A stretch of 24,000 nucleotides of DNA, from NCBI RefSeq assembly GCF_009911265.1, contig NZ_QXXA01000010.1:6374-30373 (forward strand). Direction: 5' to 3'. Below the pieces are notes generated by a model. That model was not told the DNA's origin and did no database searches. It was given only the letters and a program-made list of their open reading frames with translations. The position numbers and the translations under genes were made by a program. Positions 16,516 to 22,881 of the stretch are shown piece by piece. Position 1 is the first letter of the stretch. Every line of letters begins with the position of its first letter. The stretch is from Senegalia massiliensis (GTDB lineage Bacteria; Bacillota; Clostridia; Tissierellales; SIT17).

Positions 16516-17262
16516 ATGAAAAAGAAAATTGAAGTATGTTGTGATAGCTTAGAGGATGTAATAATAGCTGAAAAAGCAGGAGCAGATAGAGTAGAACTTA
16601 ACAATAGTATGCATCTAGGAGGGCTTACACCTTCAATGGGTACAATAAAATTAGTATCAGAAAGATGTGTAATCTCTACTATAGTCATGGCAAGACCAAG
16701 AGGAGCAGGTTTCTGCTATAATGATTATCAATATGACACTATGGTAGCAGATATAGAAGAAATGATGAAATATAATATAGCAGGAGTAGCATTTGGCTGC
16801 TTAACAAAAAATAAAGAAATAGATATAGAAAAAAACAAAAAAATAATAGAAATATTAAAGAAGAATGATAAACAAGTAGTATTTCATAGAGCATTTGATT
16901 GTGTAGTTGATCCATATAAATCAATAGAAATATTAATAGATTTAGGAGTAGATAGAATACTTACATCTGGACTTGCATCTAAAGCAGTAGAAGGAGTAGA
17001 ACTATTAAAAGATTTGCAAAAAAAATATGGACAAAAAATAGAAATACTTGCAGGTAGTGGAGTAAATGAATCAAATGCAAAGTATATAATGGATGGAACA
17101 GGAATAAGTCAATATCATAGTTCTTGCAAAACATGGGAGATAGACCCTACAACCATAGGTAATGATGTATCATATGCATATGCTAATAGTCCTCATGAAA
17201 ATGAATATAATGTAGTAAGCTATGAAAAGGTAAAAGAACTTATAAATATTGTTAAAGAATAA
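16516..17262 (+). CDS. cutC: CutC-family TIM-barrel protein (annotated copper homeostasis protein; true function unresolved)
   Basis: AGGAG RBS. N-terminal IEVCCDSLEDVIIAEKAGADRVELNNSMHLGGLTPSMG and later VFHRAFD and ILTSG blocks are the conserved CutC signature. 248 aa. Confidence 0.88.
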   Translation: MKKKIEVCCDSLEDVIIAEKAGADRVELNNSMHLGGLTPSMGTIKLVSERCVISTIVMARPRGAGFCYNDYQYDTMVADIEEMMKYNIAGVAFGCLTKNKEIDIEKNKKIIEILKKNDKQVVFHRAFDCVVDPYKSIEILIDLGVDRILTSGLASKAVEGVELLKDLQKKYGQKIEILAGSGVNESNAKYIMDGTGISQYHSSCKTWEIDPTTIGNDVSYAYANSPHENEYNVVSYEKVKELINIVKE

Positions 17263-17269
17263 GTAACAC

Positions 17270-17298
17270 TTGACTTCCATATTCATATATTGTAATAT
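17270..17298 (+). promoter_or_regulatory. Sigma-A type promoter TTGACT-17 nt-TAATAT for the downstream membrane-protein gene, overlapped by an inverted repeat
   Basis: TTGACT at 17270-17275, a 17-nt spacer ending in TG, and TAATAT at 17293-17298. Lies ~37 nt upstream of ATG 17335, with a GGAGG RBS between. Imperfect inverted repeat ATATTCATATAT (17279-17290) / ATATACGAATAT (17295-17306), 11 of 12 positions, spans the spacer and -10. Confidence 0.5.
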
Positions 17299-17334
17299 AC
17301 GAATATAACGATATTAAGATATGGAGGAATAAAA

Positions 17335-17814
17335 ATGAAAAGAAAATCTCATATGAAATGGTCATGGATAATAATAGTGAGCTTTTTTGTGTTGTCCATA
17401 ATAGATTTTAGATTTGGTATATTTGGATTTATATGCATGACTGCACCAATATATCATGCACTAAGAGGTAGGGGAAAAGTACATTGTTCACATTATTGTC
17501 CTAGAGGATCATTTTTAGGTAAATTCCTACAAAAAATAAACTTAGGTAACAATATGCCTAAATGGATGAAAACAAAAAAAGCTAAAAATATATTACTTGG
17601 AATAATGATTACATTACTTTCTATATCACTAATACATTCAGGAGGAGATTTCAACAAAATAGCATTTAGCTTATTTAGATTTATGGGAGTATCATTTATA
17701 GTAGGAATTATGATGGGAATAATATTCAAACCTCGTAGTTGGTGTCAAGTATGTCCTATGGGATATAGTACAGGATTAATAAAGAAAGTAAAAGATAATA
17801 GAAAAGCGATTTAA
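17335..17814 (+). CDS. Small polytopic membrane protein with paired Cys motifs (4Fe-4S-binding-like, NapH/Fer4_5-type)
   Basis: GGAGG RBS. Four hydrophobic segments. Motifs HCSHYCPRGS and SWCQVCPMG resemble the CxxxCP motifs of membrane 4Fe-4S-binding proteins. Has its own promoter and terminator. Confidence 0.6.
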   Translation: MKRKSHMKWSWIIIVSFFVLSIIDFRFGIFGFICMTAPIYHALRGRGKVHCSHYCPRGSFLGKFLQKINLGNNMPKWMKTKKAKNILLGIMITLLSISLIHSGGDFNKIAFSLFRFMGVSFIVGIMMGIIFKPRSWCQVCPMGYSTGLIKKVKDNRKAI

Positions 17815-17828
17815 TAAAAATTATTGGG

Positions 17829-17860
17829 CTACTTAGTAAAATAAAACTAAGTAGTTTTTT
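17829..17860 (+). terminator. Rho-independent terminator closing the catabolic block
   Basis: CTACTTAGT (17829-17837) / ACTAAGTAG (17846-17854) form a perfect 9-bp stem with an 8-nt loop, followed by TTTTTT (17855-17860). Confidence 0.8.
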
Positions 17861-17931
17861 ATTTTGTCACATAATGTCGAAAAACAAAATAAATTGTAGT
17901 ACGAAAATAGGCATATAGCCCTATGTTAGAC

Positions 17932-17960
17932 TTGACCTTATGTAGTTTATACTATAAACT
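17932..17960 (+). promoter_or_regulatory. Candidate sigma-A promoter for the second glycan locus (TTGACC-17 nt-TAAACT)
   Basis: TTGACC at 17932-17937 and TAAACT at 17955-17960 (alternatively TATAAA at 17953-17958). This would give a ~190-nt leader before ATG 18158. Low specificity in AT-rich DNA. Confidence 0.3.
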
Positions 17961-18157
17961 AAGCATTAGAGATTCGAGCTATTTAGACTTGTTTAGATAA
18001 AATAGCTTTAAAAATAATGTTAAGAGAAATGATTAGCATTATTTTTTTTGACTTTAGAAATGGAAAAAGTTAGTTAAATTATAGATATACCTTTTGAGGT
18101 ATTGGGATAAACAAAAAATATACAAAGTCAACTTCATTATGAAAGGGCGACTTACAT

Positions 18158-19273
18158 ATGAAAGAAAAAATTTGGCTTTCATCACCACATATGAGTGATG
18201 AAGGATATGAAAAAGAATACATAAAAGAAGCATTTGATACAAATTGGATAGCACCACTTGGAACAAATGTAAATGAATTTGAAAAGGAATTAGCAGGTAA
18301 AGTTGGAGCAAAACATGCAGCAGCATTAGTATCTGGCACATCTGCTATACATTTAGCACTTAAATCAGCTGGAGTAGAAGAAGGTGATATTGTATTTTGT
18401 CCTACCCTTACATTTTCAGCAACAGCTAATCCTATAATATATCAAAATGCAAAACCGGTATTTATAGATAGTAATTATGAAACTTGGAATATGGATCCAA
18501 AAGCTTTGGAACAAGCATTTGAAAAATATCCAGAAGTTAAATCAGTTATAATAGTTCATCTATATGGGTTATCATCTGATATGGATAAGATAATGGAAAT
18601 CTGCAATAAACATAATGTAGTAGTAATAGAAGATGCAGCAGAATCTTTAGGTACATATTATAAAGGAAGACATACTGGAACATTTGGTGAGTTTGGAGTG
18701 TTCTCTTTTAATGGAAATAAGATTATCACCACATCAGGTGGAGGCATGCTTGTTTCCAATGATGAACAGAAAATTAAGAAAGTTAGATTCTGGTCTACTC
18801 AGTCTAGAGATGCAGCAAGGCATTACCAGCATAGCGAGTTAGGGTTCAATTACCGTATGAGTAATGTGGTTGCTGGGATTGGAAGAGGGCAGCTTAAGGT
18901 ATTAGACAGAAGAGTAGCTAAGAAAAAATATATATTTGAGTTTTATAAGAGGGAGTTAAGTTCATTAGATGGTATAGAATTTATGCCGATCAACGACTGG
19001 AATGAACCGAACTACTGGTTGAGTGTGATCACATTAAAAGGTTCAGTAAGACCTCTTGATGTTATGGAAGCATTGGAGAAAGAGAACATTGAATCAAGAC
19101 CCGTATGGAAGCCAATGCATATGCAGCCATTCTTCGCTGAGTATGATTATGTTGGTGGGGATGTGAGTGAGAAGTTATTTGAAAATGGTGTGTGCTTGCC
19201 ATCTGATACGAAGATGATGGATGATGATCTTGAGAGAATATGTTCAATTATAAAGGGACTGTGGTCTAAATAA
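18158..19273 (+). CDS. PLP-dependent UDP-4-keto-6-deoxy-HexNAc 4-aminotransferase, EpsN/PglE-like (DegT family)
   Basis: The N-terminus IWLSSPHMSDEGYEKEYIKEAFDTNWIAPLGTNVNEFEKELAGKVG closely parallels B. subtilis EpsN as I recall it. Schiff-base Lys context FSFNGNKIITTSGGGML, and the block FNYRMSNVVAGIGRGQL. Confidence 0.88.
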   Translation: MKEKIWLSSPHMSDEGYEKEYIKEAFDTNWIAPLGTNVNEFEKELAGKVGAKHAAALVSGTSAIHLALKSAGVEEGDIVFCPTLTFSATANPIIYQNAKPVFIDSNYETWNMDPKALEQAFEKYPEVKSVIIVHLYGLSSDMDKIMEICNKHNVVVIEDAAESLGTYYKGRHTGTFGEFGVFSFNGNKIITTSGGGMLVSNDEQKIKKVRFWSTQSRDAARHYQHSELGFNYRMSNVVAGIGRGQLKVLDRRVAKKKYIFEFYKRELSSLDGIEFMPINDWNEPNYWLSVITLKGSVRPLDVMEALEKENIESRPVWKPMHMQPFFAEYDYVGGDVSEKLFENGVCLPSDTKMMDDDLERICSIIKGLWSK

Positions 19274-19290
19274 GAAGTAGGTGCTGATAA

Positions 19291-19947
19291 ATGCAGAGTG
19301 AAGTGAAGGAAGAAGCGAAAGTGAATAAAGGTATATACAGAAGACTAGTCAAAAGACCAATGGACTTGATATTGTCTTTGATGGCAATTATCTTTTTAAG
19401 TCCTGTTCTTATAATTGTTGCAATTCTTGTTAGGCTTAAGCTCGGTAGTCCTGTGCTGTTTAAGCAGAAAAGACCTGGACTTAATGAGAAGATCTTTACT
19501 ATGTATAAGTTTAGAACAATGACGGATGAGAAGGATGAGAATGGTGAGCTGCTTCCAGATAGTGTTAGATTAACAAAGTTTGGTAGGATGTTAAGGTCTA
19601 CTTCTTTAGATGAACTTCCGGAGTTGTTCAATATTCTTAAAGGGGATATGAGTATAGTAGGACCAAGGCCTTTACTCATTCAATACTTGGAACTCTACAA
19701 TGATTATCAGAAGATAAGACATGAAGTGAGACCTGGTCTTTCAGGACATGCTCAAGTCAATGGACGTAATGCCATTAGCTGGGAAGATAAGTTTAATCTT
19801 GATGTTGAGTATGTTGACAGCGTGAGTTTTAAAGGCGATTGGAAAATTATATTTCTTACTATAAAAAAAGTATTTGTTAAGGAAGGTATCAGTTCAGATA
19901 CATCGGTTACGATGGAGCCGTTTAGAGGAAGTAAGGTAGACAGTTAA
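19291..19947 (+). CDS. Small monotopic phosphoglycosyl transferase (initiating undecaprenyl-phosphate sugar-phosphate transferase; EpsL/PglC/WcfS-like)
   Basis: Single N-terminal hydrophobic helix (MDLILSLMAIIFLSPVLIIVAILV), then GSPVLFKQKRPG, YKFRTMT, and LDELPELFNILKGDMSIVGPRP. These are canonical bacterial sugar transferase motifs. Confidence 0.92.
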   Translation: MQSEVKEEAKVNKGIYRRLVKRPMDLILSLMAIIFLSPVLIIVAILVRLKLGSPVLFKQKRPGLNEKIFTMYKFRTMTDEKDENGELLPDSVRLTKFGRMLRSTSLDELPELFNILKGDMSIVGPRPLLIQYLELYNDYQKIRHEVRPGLSGHAQVNGRNAISWEDKFNLDVEYVDSVSFKGDWKIIFLTIKKVFVKEGISSDTSVTMEPFRGSKVDS

Positions 19948-20011
19948 AATATTGAGATATTAGACTTACTGCAATTATAAATTTATTACTTCAGAGAGGA
20001 ATGTACTGTTC

Positions 20012-20635
20012 ATGAAAGACAAATTGATTATTATTGGTGCCAGTGGACATGGTAAGGTTGTCGCTGACATCGCAATAAAAATGAATAAATGGCAAAGTAT
20101 CGTATTCCTCGATGATGACGAGTCTATTAAAACATCTTTGGGATTGGAAATCATTGGCAAGACTGAGGATGCTTTTACCTATAAGTATGAAGCTGATTTT
20201 TTTGTTGCTATAGGTAATAATGAGATAAGAGAGAATATTCAAGAGAAATTTATTGAGAGAGGATTAAATGTAGTTAGTTTAATTCATCCTGAAGCTGTCA
20301 TCGGTACTGATGTAGAAATTGATATTGGAACTGCTATTATGGGGGGAACTGTGATCAATAATTCTACTAAAATTGGTAAGGGTTGTATCGTCAATACAAG
20401 TGCCAGTTTGGACCATGACAATGCAATTGAAGATTATGTGCACATATCCCCTGGAGTTAGGACTGCGGGAAGTTTAAGCATAGGCAAAGGTACATGGTTA
20501 GGGATAGGAAGTATTTTAAGCAATAACGTAAAGATCTGTAGTGGTTGCAAAGTAGGTGCAGGGGCTGTGGTAGTTAAGGATATTACTGAACCTGGGACAT
20601 ATGTAGGGGTTCCGGTGAGGAGAGTTGATAGATGA
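20012..20635 (+). CDS. Sugar N-acetyltransferase, NeuD/PglD/EpsM family (left-handed beta-helix)
   Basis: N-terminal Rossmann-like LIIIGASGHGKVVADIA, followed by hexapeptide-repeat segments (IGKGCIVNTSASLDHD; IGKGTWLGIGSILSNNVKICSGCKVGAGAVV). Sits beside the aminotransferase and sugar transferase. Confidence 0.88.
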   Translation: MKDKLIIIGASGHGKVVADIAIKMNKWQSIVFLDDDESIKTSLGLEIIGKTEDAFTYKYEADFFVAIGNNEIRENIQEKFIERGLNVVSLIHPEAVIGTDVEIDIGTAIMGGTVINNSTKIGKGCIVNTSASLDHDNAIEDYVHISPGVRTAGSLSIGKGTWLGIGSILSNNVKICSGCKVGAGAVVVKDITEPGTYVGVPVRRVDR

Positions 20636-21846
20636 AGGTATTATTTCTAACATTATTGGATTTTTCTTCAGTTGACGAAAATGGTATTTATACAGATTTA
20701 ATGCGTGAATTTGTCAAAGATGGTCACGATTTATATATTATTTCTCCAACAGAAAAAAGAAGGAATGAGCCAACGAGATTAATTGATAATGGCAAAGTGA
20801 AAATTTTAAAACTTCAAATTGGAAATACACAAAAAACAAATTTAATTGAAAAGGGAATCTCGACTTTAACGATTGAATCAAAGTTTAAGAATGGAATTAA
20901 AAAGTACTTTGATGATGTGAAGTTTGATTTAGTTTTATACTCAACACCACCTATTACACTACAAAAGGCAGTTGAATTTATAAAATATAGAGACCAAGCT
21001 AAGACGTATTTACTTCTGAAAGATATATTTCCACAGAATGCAGTGGATTTGGGTATGCTTAAGACTTCAGGTATTGAGAGCTTAATATATAAGTCTTTTA
21101 GGAATAAAGAAGAGAGATTATACAAAATTTCTGATTATATAGGATGTATGTCGAATGCAAATGTTGAGTTCCTATTAAAACATAATCCATCTATATCTAA
21201 TGAAACTGTAGAAGTATGCCCAAATAGTATTGAACCAATAAAAGTGGATATTTCAGAACAAGAAAAAAAGCAAATTAGAGAGAAGTACAATATACCTGTT
21301 AATAAGACTATTTTTATTTATGGTGGAAACTTAGGGAAGCCACAAGGGATAGATTTCTTGATTGATTGTATAAGAGCTAATGAAGATAATGAGAATTCAT
21401 ACTTTTTCATTGTTGGTTGGGGAACCGAGTTTGTAAAGTTAGAGAACTTCTTTGAAAGAGAGAAACCTAAGAATGCTAAGCTACTCAGTCAATTGCCCAA
21501 AATAGATTATGGAGTATTAGTTAATTCATGTGACGTAGGTCTGATATTTCTAGATAGAAGATTTACAATACCAAACTTTCCGTCTAGGCTTCTTTCATAT
21601 ATGCAGGCATCCATGCCCGTTTTAGCAGCGACTGATACAAATACGGATATTGGAAAATTGATAGAGAGTGGCAGTTTTGGATATTGGTGTGAAAGTGTTG
21701 ATGTTGATAAATTTAATCAACTAGTTAATAAACTATGTGATAAAGATTTAAGAGTCGGTTTAGGTAGAAATGCAAGAGAATATTTGGAAAAACATTACTC
21801 AGCAAAGCACTCATATGAAATAATCATAAAACATTTTAAAAATTAG
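20632..21846 (+). CDS. GT-B fold glycosyltransferase, family 4 (WbuB-like; candidate L-FucNAc transferase by context)
   Basis: The start overlaps the upstream stop (ATGA). 404 aa. The C-terminal half has GT4-type blocks (IFIYGGNLGKPQGIDFL, FPSRLLSYMQASMPVLAATD, GYWCE). It lies next to fnlA/fnlB, but acceptor/donor specificity is inference only. Confidence 0.75.
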   Translation: MKVLFLTLLDFSSVDENGIYTDLMREFVKDGHDLYIISPTEKRRNEPTRLIDNGKVKILKLQIGNTQKTNLIEKGISTLTIESKFKNGIKKYFDDVKFDLVLYSTPPITLQKAVEFIKYRDQAKTYLLLKDIFPQNAVDLGMLKTSGIESLIYKSFRNKEERLYKISDYIGCMSNANVEFLLKHNPSISNETVEVCPNSIEPIKVDISEQEKKQIREKYNIPVNKTIFIYGGNLGKPQGIDFLIDCIRANEDNENSYFFIVGWGTEFVKLENFFEREKPKNAKLLSQLPKIDYGVLVNSCDVGLIFLDRRFTIPNFPSRLLSYMQASMPVLAATDTNTDIGKLIESGSFGYWCESVDVDKFNQLVNKLCDKDLRVGLGRNAREYLEKHYSAKHSYEIIIKHFKN

Positions 21847-21861
21847 AAGAGAGGTAATCAA

Positions 21862-22881
21862 ATGTTTAAAGGAAAGACTTTACTAATAACAGGTGGAACA
21901 GGATCTTTTGGGAATGCTGTAATGAAAAGATTCCTTGATACAGATATCAAAGAAGTCCGAATTTTTTCACGTGATGAAAAAAAGCAAGATGACATGAGAA
22001 AACTTTATAAAAATGACAAATTGAAATTTTATATAGGAGATGTTAGAGATCTTTCAAGCATTAAAAATGCTATGCATGGAGTAGATTATATTTTCCATGC
22101 AGCTGCTCTTAAGCAGGTGCCTTCTTGTGAGTTCTTTCCACTTGAGGCGGTAAAAACTAATGTGATAGGAACTGACAATGTACTATCTGGTGCTATTGAA
22201 ATGGGAGTTAAAAAGGTTATATGTCTTTCTACAGATAAGGCAGCCTATCCGATTAACGCAATGGGAATTTCAAAAGCAATGATGGAGAAGGTGTTTGTAG
22301 CTAAAGCAAAGATTGTTGATTCTGATAGAACACTTATTTGTGGTACAAGATATGGTAATGTTATGGCTTCAAGAGGCTCAGTAATTCCATTGTTTATAGA
22401 TCAGATTAAGAATGGACAACCACTGACAGTAACTGATCCCAATATGACAAGATTTCTAATGAGTCTTGAAGAAGCAGTTGAGCTTGTTGTGTTTGCATTT
22501 CAGAATGCTGAAGCTGGCGATATTATGGTTCAGAAATCTCCTGCATCAACCATTGGAGACTTAGCTCAAGCAGTTAAAGAACTTTTTAAAGCAGATAACG
22601 AAATCAAAGTAATAGGTACTCGTCATGGAGAAAAACTCTATGAGACACTCCTAACAAAAGAAGAGCATGTTGTAGCAAAAGATATGGGTGGATTCTATAG
22701 AGTGCCTGCTGATAAGAGAGATTTAAACTACGATAAGTACTTTGTTGAAGGAGATCAAAAGCTTTCATCAGAAGATGAGTATAACTCTCATAATACAGAA
22801 AGGCTTAACATAGAACAGATTAAAGAAAAGCTACTTCAGCTTGATTATGTAAGAGAACAATTGGAAAGTTGGGATAGATAA
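21862..22881 (+). CDS. fnlA: UDP-N-acetylglucosamine 4,6-dehydratase/5-epimerase (inverting), first enzyme of UDP-L-FucNAc synthesis (FnlA/CapE/WbjB)
   Basis: GAGAGG RBS. The N-terminus KTLLITGGTGSFGNAVMKRFLDTDIKEVRIFSRDEKKQDDMRK...KLKFYIGDVRD is near-identical in pattern to S. aureus CapE as I recall it. Also has the STDKAAYPINAMGISKAMMEK catalytic block. Confidence 0.93.
   Translation: MFKGKTLLITGGTGSFGNAVMKRFLDTDIKEVRIFSRDEKKQDDMRKLYKNDKLKFYIGDVRDLSSIKNAMHGVDYIFHAAALKQVPSCEFFPLEAVKTNVIGTDNVLSGAIEMGVKKVICLSTDKAAYPINAMGISKAMMEKVFVAKAKIVDSDRTLICGTRYGNVMASRGSVIPLFIDQIKNGQPLTVTDPNMTRFLMSLEEAVELVVFAFQNAEAGDIMVQKSPASTIGDLAQAVKELFKADNEIKVIGTRHGEKLYETLLTKEEHVVAKDMGGFYRVPADKRDLNYDKYFVEGDQKLSSEDEYNSHNTERLNIEQIKEKLLQLDYVREQLESWDR

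Noticed and set aside
8861-17968. Loose similarity between the left junction (ACTTATATGTTATAGTTTTATAAATAAGCG, 8861-8890) and the right junction (ACCTTATGTAGTTTATACTATAAACTAAGCA, 17935-17965) of the PTS block, considered as insertion-site direct repeats.
   Set aside because: The alignment needs several gaps and is dominated by A/T. No integrase, transposase or tRNA is nearby. This is insufficient to call a mobile island.
17926-17991. 9-nt direct repeat TTAGACTTG at 17926-17934 and 17983-17991 in the block C upstream region.
   Set aside because: A single 9-mer pair in ~300 bp of AT-rich DNA is not clearly beyond chance. There is no third copy or dyad symmetry.
18054-18341. Two overlapping minus-strand ORFs (95 and 86 aa) reaching from inside the aminotransferase gene into the intergenic leader. 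They could be read as a divergent small gene.
   Set aside because: Most of their length is antisense to the well-supported 5' end of the EpsN-like CDS. The sequences are low complexity (L/H/Q/F-rich) with no RBS or motif.
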